The translations under genes were made by a program, and so were the position numbers. From a virus (lineage: Duplodnaviria > Caudoviricetes), in IMG/VR virus record IMGVR_UViG_3300009314_000001: DNA of 64,000 nucleotides. The stretch is one strand, 5' to 3'. Positions 1 to 8,873 of this stretch are shown piece by piece; position 1 is the stretch's first letter; each line of letters begins with the position of its first letter. A model generated the notes under the pieces. It was not told the DNA's origin. It did not search any database and worked only from the letters and a program-made list of their open reading frames with translations.

Positions 1-338
1 TTCTTCGCAAACCTTTCTTCAAGGACTCGTGCAGCTTCCCTAAGCTTGGTCAACATCCAAGCATTCCTACCGACTTCACCGTTGTGTTCAGGCCCCATCG
101 AGACTTGAAGCATCAATTCTTTGCCCTTGCTATTGGTGCATAATCGAAGTCGATATCGCTCATTTTCAGCGACTACTTTACCGACTTCGTATACATCATT
201 CTTTCCCTCGACCGTTGCCATCGTCTTCTCCTCTGGCTCTTTGGGTTCTTTGGGTTTATCAGGTGGAAACGGCGTCCTCACAGTCCGCGTTTTAGGATCA
301 TAAACCATCAGACCGAAAGGATCTAAACTGCTTTTCAT
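1..338 (-). CDS. hypothetical protein, partial (runs off the window start); not in the ORF track
   Basis: Open frame MKSSLDPFGLMVYDPKTRTV...EERFAK from ATG at 338, preceded by AAGGA; no stop before position 1. Confidence 0.7.
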   Translation of the reverse strand, partial: MKSSLDPFGLMVYDPKTRTVRTPFPPDKPKEPKEPEEKTMATVEGKNDVYEVGKVVAENERYRLRLCTNSKGKELMLQVSMGPEHNGEVGRNAWMLTKLREAARVLEERFAK

Positions 339-414
339 CGTCTTTCCTTATTCTACGCTCTGTAGCGCATCACGCATTTTGAAAAACAAATCAAGTACTT
401 TCTGACCATCTTGC

Positions 415-454
415 CCTGTTAGCATCTTACATGACCTGTTAGCATCTTACATGA
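415..454. repeat. perfect 20-bp tandem duplication (CCTGTTAGCATCTTACATGA x2)
   Basis: Read directly: 415-434 equals 435-454. It frameshifts the end of ORF 419-1621. Confidence 0.95.
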
Positions 455-1621
455 GAAAAATTGGGGGAGACCATTACAAGACATAGGGGCAGCTTTATCA
501 AGATCTTCATAGAAGAAGCCCACTTCATGATCCATCATAGCCCCGATATGCTCATGATCCATGAGACTCAATATCATAAAAGGATTCGCAAATTCATGTT
601 GAGGCACCTGAGCACTCGTAAACACTTTATTATGGATCATGTCCATCGCTACTTGCTTCAACCGTTCGTCATCAGCACCATCTCTGATATCATCATGCAA
701 GACCCTACTGTGTGAAGTTGGTATATGACCCAGGGCATCCCTAATAATATCATTCAAAGTAGGTTCTGAGTATTCTATAGTCTGGAGATACACACGTGGT
801 GCCTGATCTTCGTCCCTACCATCCATAATTATAGGATCTACTACATATACCCCAGTCGGTAAGAACTCGATCCTAGCATCGATCATCCCACTATGTCTAT
901 TGAACACATCAATTGCAGAATGTATCACACGCTTCTCTTCATCGCCATCTACCACCAAACTCTCAACAGGACGTACTGCAAATATCGGATGCTTCTTCCA
1001 ACTATCTAAGAAATCCTTGTGTGCAGCCCGCTGAATTTCAGAACCAGTGCCATGTGTGTAATTTGGCCCATCAATAATCGGTAACCCCGCAAAATTCGGA
1101 TCAAAAGCATCCCAAGGGTTAAGAACTGATAGCCCCGTCAACCGACCGATATTAGCCAATTGCCTAAAATCAAGCTGAACATCACTGAAATCAACAATAG
1201 CAAGCTCTTTCAAAGACTTGTAACCCTCTCCTTCACCGCAGATCGAGTCCACAGTACAGAGTGTGACAAATCTACGAGTCCAATTCTCCTGAATACCATA
1301 CCAACTTAGGTCATACCATTTATACTTGTCATCTTTATACAATCCCGGTTGGACTTCGGGAGGTTTGGATGCAGGATTCGTTTCACAACCGCGAAGAAAG
1401 TGGACCAACTGATATAACAGTAAATAATGTGCTTCATCAGGGATCTTACACTTGTGGATTGTCCAATTCTGAAGAGGTACGTTGGTGTCATCACAGATGT
1501 AAACGAAAGCGTCGCGTGGTTCGCCTTCGGCTTTTAAAACAAGCTCCATTTTACCCGGCGAGACTGCATTCCGATACGATACAAGATTCGACCGCTCCTT
1601 GACAGCGAGCAACCGCCACAC
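419..1621 (-). CDS. hypothetical protein (C-terminus truncated by the 20-bp duplication)
   Basis: 400-aa ORF, GTG start after AAGGAG. With one repeat copy the frame would continue ...GQDGQKVLDLFFKMRDALQSVE to a stop next to the RBS of the following gene. Confidence 0.8.
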   Translation of the reverse strand: MWRLLAVKERSNLVSYRNAVSPGKMELVLKAEGEPRDAFVYICDDTNVPLQNWTIHKCKIPDEAHYLLLYQLVHFLRGCETNPASKPPEVQPGLYKDDKYKWYDLSWYGIQENWTRRFVTLCTVDSICGEGEGYKSLKELAIVDFSDVQLDFRQLANIGRLTGLSVLNPWDAFDPNFAGLPIIDGPNYTHGTGSEIQRAAHKDFLDSWKKHPIFAVRPVESLVVDGDEEKRVIHSAIDVFNRHSGMIDARIEFLPTGVYVVDPIIMDGRDEDQAPRVYLQTIEYSEPTLNDIIRDALGHIPTSHSRVLHDDIRDGADDERLKQVAMDMIHNKVFTSAQVPQHEFANPFMILSLMDHEHIGAMMDHEVGFFYEDLDKAAPMSCNGLPQFFSCKMLTGHVRC

Positions 1622-1662
1622 TTACTCCTTCACTTCTAAAATACATAGAAATAATTATATGC

Positions 1663-1710
1663 TTACCGATTTCCTCGGTGGAAACATACGTATAATATTA
1701 CCGATTTCCT
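1663..1710 (+). promoter_or_regulatory. sigma70-type -10 box (TATAAT 1691-1696) flanked by 13-bp direct repeats TTACCGATTTCCT
   Basis: Repeats at 1663-1675 and 1698-1710, in the divergent intergenic region. Confidence 0.5.
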
Positions 1711-1726
1711 TGTAGGAAATACCTTC

Positions 1727-2551
1727 ATGCTGGCCCACACACCATCAATCAATTATGTGATAGCAGCCTGGTCCGGGCTCCGGAGAGGTGATAGAAACCC
1801 AAATTTTGGCAAAGACTGCAACAGAGATGAAAATTGGGTTAGAGATAAGAAATATGATAAAGATAGAAGACATTATTTAAAATTCCATCTAGAGCAGCTA
1901 AAGAAATATAAAAGCCATGTCACACAAATCACTATTGTATGCCCAGATAATCCACATGAACCGAAATATTTTCAAGAATTTTTGAAGAGACTTCCAGCCC
2001 AGATACGACATATACCCGTTGTTGTGTTGCGACGACCAAATTATGGGTTCTCATTTGGGTCCTTCTCATATGCCTATAATAAGTATAAAAATTTCACCTA
2101 TTACATCTTCACTGAAGATGATTACGTATTCATTAGAGATTATTTTGATCTAGAACTTATAACCAGGTATGAAAGTTTGCCAAAATGCGGCTTTCTTTGC
2201 AGCTACATAGCAGATAGACAAAAAGGATGTACTCTATTAACAGATGACCATTTCTTAGTATCAGTAGGTCTAACCAGTGCTGATGTGCTAGCCAAAATAT
2301 GGCAAAAACATAAAAGCATACCACATGCAAAACATGGTGGGGCTAGTCAGATAGCATTTTTGCGTGCCTTCTTAGATGAAGGCTATCTATTATATGATTA
2401 TGCCTCAGATTTTAGAATCCCATTTCAATGGCCTTCTGGAAGATTCAATATCTATGGCAACCGTAAAGCACCGATCTTATCAGCACCAACCCAATATATT
2501 ACTGATCGGTTACTAATTGAACATTCAAAGCATCCAACACATACTGAATAG
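1727..2551 (+). CDS. glycosyltransferase-like protein (GT-A-like)
   Basis: RRPNYGFSFGSF and YIFTEDDY (DxD-like) motifs; paralog at 5269-6103; next to sugar aminotransferase genes. Confidence 0.55.
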   Translation: MLAHTPSINYVIAAWSGLRRGDRNPNFGKDCNRDENWVRDKKYDKDRRHYLKFHLEQLKKYKSHVTQITIVCPDNPHEPKYFQEFLKRLPAQIRHIPVVVLRRPNYGFSFGSFSYAYNKYKNFTYYIFTEDDYVFIRDYFDLELITRYESLPKCGFLCSYIADRQKGCTLLTDDHFLVSVGLTSADVLAKIWQKHKSIPHAKHGGASQIAFLRAFLDEGYLLYDYASDFRIPFQWPSGRFNIYGNRKAPILSAPTQYITDRLLIEHSKHPTHTE

Positions 2552-3503
2552 GACTAAAGAGAGTAACCTGATCAGAACCTGCAAACAATAAACCAACGCC
2601 CTCGTTAGCATTGTTTAAAACAAGTGAACCAGAATCACCAGGTTGTGACATAGGTCCTGCCATAGTCTGCTGCTGGAAAAGAGCATATTTGTTAGTACCG
2701 TAACCAATATTGGCGGTAACATTAGTTTGAATAACCGCACTCTCTTTCAATTCTGTAGTCCTACCGCTCTTCTTCACAGTATCACCAATATCGGCAATTG
2801 CCACACCACTGGGTATACCAATATCAAGGATTTCCGATTTTACATCACCGATGCTATATGGACGTGCTATAGCCGCATCACACAAATTCTTATCATCAGC
2901 CATTTTATAGGCTTTAACTCTGTGAGATGATCTAGTAAGCCACGCTATTCCATTCACTATAGCAGCAACAGCACTCGCAATGCTACAAATGGGAGGATTA
3001 TCGGAGAAAATTATTGGTTCAAATCTTTCAAGAACTGCTATCTTGTCCTCCGCACCGCCGCCATCATATGCACCTGGTTGATAGATTGGGTCGCCAGTTT
3101 CTGCATCGTTACTATTAGCTATAACGTGATTATTACTCAAGATGAATATGTTTTCATCGTTGTCCTTAACTAGACACCCCAAAGTACCTGCAGTAATAGC
3201 ATAATGACCAATCGATACACCGCCGGGAGCTGGTCGCCATTTATCCGTTCTGTCTTGGAATTTAATCAGTTGACCAGTTTCCAAGACATCTGTGAGACAT
3301 CCTTCAATCACAGGTGGGATTATATCTGCAGTATTCAAATTGCGATTTGATACCTTCTCAACCACTGATACTATCAAGCAGAGCTCTGCTGTTGGTTGGC
3401 CATTAACAGATTTATATCCCATCCCAACGGCAACAACATTCTTTTTTGATAATAATTCTTCTTCGTACTTCGCTTGAATTGATTTGATAGCAGAAGCTTC
3501 CAT
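2499..3503 (-). CDS. trypsin-like (S1, Nal1-like) serine protease
   Basis: Triad motifs SNNHV, CDAAIA and GDSGS; RPAPGGVSIGH...AGTLGCLV; N-terminal VVAVGMGYK prodomain-like segment. Confidence 0.85.
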   Translation of the reverse strand: MEASAIKSIQAKYEEELLSKKNVVAVGMGYKSVNGQPTAELCLIVSVVEKVSNRNLNTADIIPPVIEGCLTDVLETGQLIKFQDRTDKWRPAPGGVSIGHYAITAGTLGCLVKDNDENIFILSNNHVIANSNDAETGDPIYQPGAYDGGGAEDKIAVLERFEPIIFSDNPPICSIASAVAAIVNGIAWLTRSSHRVKAYKMADDKNLCDAAIARPYSIGDVKSEILDIGIPSGVAIADIGDTVKKSGRTTELKESAVIQTNVTANIGYGTNKYALFQQQTMAGPMSQPGDSGSLVLNNANEGVGLLFAGSDQVTLFSPIQYVLDALNVQLVTDQ

Positions 3504-3554
3504 TTTCCATCTCCCTTGTTAAGCGTACTTATAATATTTACCCGGAGGCATCTA

Positions 3555-4667
3555 ATGAAAATTCCTCTATTTCAAGTAGCTATATCAGAGGACGTCATCG
3601 AGCCGGTCAAAGAAGTCCTCATGTCCGGTTACGTGGGACAAGGCGATAAAGTAGAAGAATTTGAGAAAGAGTTGCGGTCTCATCTAGGGACACCACATAT
3701 AAATACTACCTATAGTGGTACAGCAGCCATACATCTAGCAATTCATCTCTTGAACCTCAACCCTGGAGATGAAGTTCTAACAACTCCACTCACATGTACA
3801 GCAACTAATTTCCCAATTCTTGCAAATGATCTAGGGATCAAATGGGTGGACATCAATCCATATACATGTAATATGGATATGAATGATCTCGCACGAAAGA
3901 TCAGCCCAACAACAAAAGCAATATTAGTAGTACATTGGGGCGGTTATCCATGCGACTTAGACAATCTGCGAGAAATACAACAAAAATGTGTAGAATTACA
4001 CGGGTTTTGCCCACCTATTATTGAAGACTGTGCGCATGCCTGGGGTGCTACATATAACACTAGATTATTAGGGAACCACGGTAATATATGTTGTTTCAGC
4101 TTTCAAGCGATTAAACATCTTACATCAGTAGATGGTGGTTTACTAGTAACACCAAATGATATATTACACCAACGCGCTAAACTATTAAGATGGTACGGCC
4201 TAGATAGAACACGAAGTGCTCAATTCCGGTGCGAACAAGATATACAGGAATGGGGATTCAAGTTTCATATGAATGACTTGAATGCTGCGATAGGATTGCA
4301 TAACTTACCTAAAGTAAATGATATAGTCAAAAAGCACAAAGAGAATGGCAAATATTTCAATCGAGAACTGTCCGAAGTGGCAGGTGTTACATTATTAGAA
4401 AACGCTCAAAATCGTGAATCTTCATATTGGATATACACAATGCGAGTAGAACGGAGGAGCGATTTTACTAGAAAGATGGGAGAAGTCGGTATAGCTACAA
4501 GCCAAGTACACGACCGTAATGATAAACACACTTGCCTCAAACAATATAGATGTATTCTACCTAATACGGATTCGGTATGCAGCGACATGATTTGTATACC
4601 ATGCGGTTGGTGGGTAGATCAAGAAGGACGAGAATATATCGTCGATCAGATTAAAAAGGGCTGGTAA
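3555..4667 (+). CDS. DegT/DnrJ/EryC1/StrS family PLP-dependent sugar aminotransferase
   Basis: SGTAAIHLA, IIEDCAHAWGA, FSFQAIKHLTSVDGG (PLP lysine), KFHMNDLNAAIG. Start placed at ATG 3555 after GGAGG. Confidence 0.95.
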   Translation: MKIPLFQVAISEDVIEPVKEVLMSGYVGQGDKVEEFEKELRSHLGTPHINTTYSGTAAIHLAIHLLNLNPGDEVLTTPLTCTATNFPILANDLGIKWVDINPYTCNMDMNDLARKISPTTKAILVVHWGGYPCDLDNLREIQQKCVELHGFCPPIIEDCAHAWGATYNTRLLGNHGNICCFSFQAIKHLTSVDGGLLVTPNDILHQRAKLLRWYGLDRTRSAQFRCEQDIQEWGFKFHMNDLNAAIGLHNLPKVNDIVKKHKENGKYFNRELSEVAGVTLLENAQNRESSYWIYTMRVERRSDFTRKMGEVGIATSQVHDRNDKHTCLKQYRCILPNTDSVCSDMICIPCGWWVDQEGREYIVDQIKKGW

Positions 4668-5272
4668 TGAGACAAATGTTCAGCTGTAAAGTAGGAACCG
4701 GCACCGGCCAAATGACGGTGATCCTAAACAAAGCCATGTTCTCCGACTCACTCATAACGGCTGCCTTATCATTTAGACATGAATCACAAAACTTTCTACA
4801 CCGAAGACTCTTCTTAAATTTAGATGATCAAACACGATGGTTCGATAATTTAGATCAGAGTACCGACTCCCCACGTAATTTATTTCTAGAGGTGACATAC
4901 ATACCAGAAGGTATGGACGACGATGAAGACAATATCTCACCATTAGGCTTTTTCTTCCTGTCCGACATCGATTGGTTGAACAGAAGAGCAGATGCGTCAT
5001 GGGGTATATGGTGTGAAGCTTCTCGAGGAAAAGGCTACGGCAAAGCACTATTAACAGCTTGTACGATGTTCTGCTTTAACGAATTACACCTACATCGCCT
5101 AAATGCTGAAATCCTCGAACACAACAAGGCATCACAAGTCTGTGCAGAGCATGCAAGATGGCGAAAAGAAGGACATAAACGTGACGTGATACATGGTTCT
5201 AATCCAACATTCGAAGATGGTTGGATTGATAGTTTAGTATACGGAATTATAGAATCTGATTGGTATCAATGA
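4667..5272 (+). CDS. GNAT N-acetyltransferase (PseH/RimL-like)
   Basis: RGKGYG acetyl-CoA loop; FNELHLHRLNAEILEHNKAS; translationally coupled to the aminotransferase. Confidence 0.85.
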   Translation: MRQMFSCKVGTGTGQMTVILNKAMFSDSLITAALSFRHESQNFLHRRLFLNLDDQTRWFDNLDQSTDSPRNLFLEVTYIPEGMDDDEDNISPLGFFFLSDIDWLNRRADASWGIWCEASRGKGYGKALLTACTMFCFNELHLHRLNAEILEHNKASQVCAEHARWRKEGHKRDVIHGSNPTFEDGWIDSLVYGIIESDWYQ

Positions 5273-6103
5273 AAGCAAATTACGTAATAGCAACATGGTC
5301 TGGCGAAAGACTAAGCCATGTTTATCACGATCCCGTCATAAGATTATCTGCGCATATTAACCACTTATATGCAGTACACCACGATCTATCACAAATAACG
5401 ATTGTCGTACCATACAACCCAGAAGAACCGGTAGCATTTACTACATATATCAACTCACTACCAAAGACAATAGAAAACACCAAAGTTGTTGTTCTACGAA
5501 GACCTAATGAAGGCTTCTCATATGGTTCTTATTCGTACGCGTACGAAACATATAGAGGCAAATTCGATCATTACATTTTCGTAGAAGACGATAATATTTA
5601 TTGAAGACGCATTCGATAGAAAACTAGCGGCAAGATGCAACTCACTACCGAATTGCGGTTTCTTATGTGGCTTTGTATCTCTCTGGCGGATTTATGACAA
5701 GACATATAATCATTTAAGTGCTATAGTACCACACGGTATAGCAAAAGCAGATGTTCTAGAAAGGATACACAGAAAGCACGGTAGGATACCATGGGATATA
5801 GACTTCGGTTTCCATGAACACATATTAGAATGGGTACGAAAGGGATGTAGACGACGATCAACAGCCGCAGGAGGATTTGCCCAACTCTCTTTCTCACAAT
5901 CTTTTCTAGATAGTGGTTTTCTACTATATGATTTCTCTTCTAGCCATATTATACCATATCGAAGTTCAACCGGACGAATATTTTTGTTCGGAAACCATCT
6001 AAAGGCACCTTTTGTAGTGCCTTTTGAGTATATGGACAACCCAGGCCAGTTGCCAATAAGGTATATGGACTACGAATCCTATTCAGGTGATACTATTCGC
6101 TAG
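5269..6103 (+). pseudogene. frameshifted paralog of glycosyltransferase-like 1727-2551
   Basis: Frame 1 stops at EDDNIY* (5604). Homology resumes in another frame as IEDAFDRKLAARCNSLPNCGFLCG...FLDSGFLLYDF, ending at TAG 6101-6103. Confidence 0.75.
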
Positions 6104-6221
6104 CCTCACGAATTCTATCCCTAGCGATAGTCCGCAATTTATCCTCAACTATATCAATACATTTCAAGAATCTTCTATCGCCTTCAATGCATCTCCATTG
6201 TGCTGCAGTCAGTTCTCTCAT
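6093..6221 (-). CDS. small hypothetical protein (42 aa)
   Basis: MRELTAAQWRCIEGD...REASE, with AAGGGA upstream; fills the gap after rarA. Confidence 0.4.
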   Translation of the reverse strand: MRELTAAQWRCIEGDRRFLKCIDIVEDKLRTIARDRIREASE

Positions 6222-6287
6222 CAGAATTTCCCCTTATTGTGAATATGGTGCTGGGAGTATGTTGCACACCAAACCACAACAGTGAAA

Positions 6288-7748
6288 TTATTGCTCGACG
6301 TACCGCCAATTAATGCCGAGTTCCCTAGTATTATCCCATCTATATAATACTATAGTATCTTCCCCATGAAACTGAACTATAACCAACTTTGACGACTCTT
6401 CATCATCTACATCAGCTGGCCAATCCCGATAAGAATCCACAGTATTCCCAAGTAACCTATCCAGATCCGGGGTAGGACCATCAACCATTCCAAATTCGCC
6501 TTCAACATGCTCTATACCAACACCATATAGTATCTTAGTAGGATCAATAGCCTGATTATATTCAGGATCATTCTTACAGAGCTCTGAAACCTCCCAGTCC
6601 TTCTGCCAACCCTTTAGATAGATCTTCTTGATAGTTTTAACGTAATCGGATTGCCCGTGAGCCGTACCAGCCCTCAAAGCCTCCGGTACATGTACCGTAG
6701 CCTTACTACGAACATCCTTAAGTGCTGCTTTGATGGCGTAATATGCGGACTTGTTCCTCTTACTCATCGCCATCTCACAAGTGGCCAAGCTCATCGGTAT
6801 GACACACTCAGGTAGACCTGTTCGCTCCGTTGTATAACAAGCAGCCATAGCTGTAGTCGCAGCAAACGGATTCCCAGCACAGTCCTCAAAGGCCGTAATA
6901 AGCATCCGGCGGCAGATATAGGCTGGATCTTCACCAGATTCTATCCACTTAGCAAGCCAATAAATAGCACCATTAACATCAGAATGTTGTATAGCTTCTT
7001 GATAGCAATGGGCAAGATCAAAATGATCATTGCCATGAGCATCGAAAACTATTTCTTTGGTTGGTACAGCAAGATCGATATGCTCTTGGGTAATTATATC
7101 GTCACTCGATAATATCTCGATACATGTCTCGAGAGCCATTATGATTTTGCGGCCGTCACCACCACATCTATCAACAAGGACTACTGCCGCTTCCTTTTTG
7201 AATCTTACTTCCCTCTTCTTTCGAAGATAGTGTTCTATTACTTTCAGAATAAGCCTTAAAGATGCTGATTTATTAAGTGGTTTTACCTCCATCACAAGGC
7301 ATCGTGATAGAAGCGTCGAGTTGACAGCGAACTTTGGGCGCTCTGTAGTAGCACCAAAGAATATTATAGTCCCATCTTCGACAGACGGTAGAAGTGCATC
7401 TTGTTGAGCTTTATTCCAGCGATGGCATTCATCGACAAAAACGAATGTCCTCTTATCTGGCAAGGCCTTTTTGGCGGCCGTTATAATAGTTCTTAATTGC
7501 TTAACGGTCGCTTGCGTAGCATTGAGTTGCCTGAAATGTGAGTCTGTCTCATTAGCAAGTGACCTGACTATTGAGGTCTTGCCGGTTCCTGGTGGCCCCC
7601 AGAATATTATACTTTGGTATTCCTTTTTATCCGCCATAAGGCGTAGGGCTTTTCCCTCGCCCAGTAGGTGGTCTTGCCCTACTATATCATCTAGTTTCTG
7701 AGGACGTAGAGCTGCCGCTAATGGTGTAATTCCAGGATTTGTCCGCAT
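6288..7748 (-). CDS. rarA: replication-associated recombination protein A (RarA/MgsA AAA+ ATPase) with C-terminal extension
   Basis: PLAAALRPQKLDDIVGQDHLL, WGPPGTGKT, FVDECHRWNKAQQDALLP, GATTE, ESGEDPAYICRRM. Confidence 0.93.
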   Translation of the reverse strand: MRTNPGITPLAAALRPQKLDDIVGQDHLLGEGKALRLMADKKEYQSIIFWGPPGTGKTSIVRSLANETDSHFRQLNATQATVKQLRTIITAAKKALPDKRTFVFVDECHRWNKAQQDALLPSVEDGTIIFFGATTERPKFAVNSTLLSRCLVMEVKPLNKSASLRLILKVIEHYLRKKREVRFKKEAAVVLVDRCGGDGRKIIMALETCIEILSSDDIITQEHIDLAVPTKEIVFDAHGNDHFDLAHCYQEAIQHSDVNGAIYWLAKWIESGEDPAYICRRMLITAFEDCAGNPFAATTAMAACYTTERTGLPECVIPMSLATCEMAMSKRNKSAYYAIKAALKDVRSKATVHVPEALRAGTAHGQSDYVKTIKKIYLKGWQKDWEVSELCKNDPEYNQAIDPTKILYGVGIEHVEGEFGMVDGPTPDLDRLLGNTVDSYRDWPADVDDEESSKLVIVQFHGEDTIVLYRWDNTRELGINWRYVEQ

Positions 7749-8146
7749 TTTGATACCATTTCTTGTATTGCAAGATCTCTGGCCAATTTCTCAGCACTTT
7801 CATCCAATTTATGAATACGTGCCACATCCCGCATATCTTGTATATTGGCAAATACGCCTTTGAAAATACCTAATCTATAGTAATCCTCTATGAAGCACAA
7901 TAAAGGAACTGTGACATGACCAGATTCAATTCCCGTTCGTGCCTCCCCCAAGTCTATCAATCGACTTGGTGATACACAGATACCCATCAATTGGCAATTA
8001 GGTATCTCCACTTGATTATCAACAGTAACTTCTTGATCTTTTATATCAATAACCCTAAACCATGTCTTAGGCTCGAACTCCTTGCATTCGTCAAGAAGAA
8101 TGATTACTGTTTTCTTCGGAGTCCAATCCTTATGACCACCCAACAC
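7718..8146 (-). CDS. hypothetical protein
   Basis: 142-aa ORF in a co-directional run. Confidence 0.65.
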   Translation of the reverse strand: MLGGHKDWTPKKTVIILLDECKEFEPKTWFRVIDIKDQEVTVDNQVEIPNCQLMGICVSPSRLIDLGEARTGIESGHVTVPLLCFIEDYYRLGIFKGVFANIQDMRDVARIHKLDESAEKLARDLAIQEMVSKCGQILELHH

Positions 8147-8169
8147 AGCTTCTCCCTCGGATCTTCTTG

Positions 8170-8198
8170 GGCTTCTGATCCTCTACGGCATCAGAGCC
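8170..8198. terminator. intergenic hairpin, possible terminator
   Basis: GGCT-TCTGAT / ATCAGA-GCC stem followed by GTTTT on the + strand. Confidence 0.35.
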
Positions 8199-8246
8199 GT
8201 TTTGTGCTGGAGAGTCAAAGGGAAACAAAGAGGACCGCACTCCTTG

Positions 8247-8867
8247 TCAAAAGGGCCTGGATATAGCTTGGAAGCCTTCTTCCGACACTCCTTGTTCCTC
8301 TAGGATTTCCCCTATAGTAGTATCATTTAATACCCTAGAATCATTCCATTTGCTCATCAAATGCTTGAACAATTCATAGATATTGCTCTGAGTCAATGTA
8401 AAAGTTACATCAGCCCAGCCAGAATCCGAGAAATTCCTACCACCCGCAACGCCTTTTGGTCCCTTCTTCCCAGAATAGAAAAATAACGAGCTCTTTAGAT
8501 GCAACTCCGTATTAGCACGCCACTTAAATTCAGGAAATGCATTCACATGGTGAGAAAGCCTGACAAGGCCTTGGGCATACTTCCTCTCACAGTCAAGACA
8601 CTTCCCATTATTACAGCTCTTGTATGGGGCTATACCAATTAATATATAGACCTTATTCTTCTTATCCCTCTTAGGGATTTCCCGCATCAATTCCATCATA
8701 TCCCTGGTAGCTAGTTGATATTTTGGCCCCCATTCGGTGGTATCCTGACCAGAATAACTAATTCCAGCATATATGCCGAACGAGGCGATAAATACTGTTG
8801 TCGGCTTAGCATCCACGCAATCAAGCAAATATGATGAGTGGTCGGCATGTTCTAAAAACATTTCCAT
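8247..8867 (-). CDS. hypothetical protein with a single PLD-like HxK...GxxN motif
   Basis: ELHLKSSLFF...AGGRNFSDS resembles HxKxxxxD...GSxN but lacks the Asp. Confidence 0.5.
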   Translation of the reverse strand: MEMFLEHADHSSYLLDCVDAKPTTVFIASFGIYAGISYSGQDTTEWGPKYQLATRDMMELMREIPKRDKKNKVYILIGIAPYKSCNNGKCLDCERKYAQGLVRLSHHVNAFPEFKWRANTELHLKSSLFFYSGKKGPKGVAGGRNFSDSGWADVTFTLTQSNIYELFKHLMSKWNDSRVLNDTTIGEILEEQGVSEEGFQAISRPF

Positions 8868-8873
8868 TATACA

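Noticed and set aside
5710-6039. 109-aa minus-strand ORF
   Set aside because: It is antisense to the frameshifted second half of the GT-like gene, which matches its paralog.
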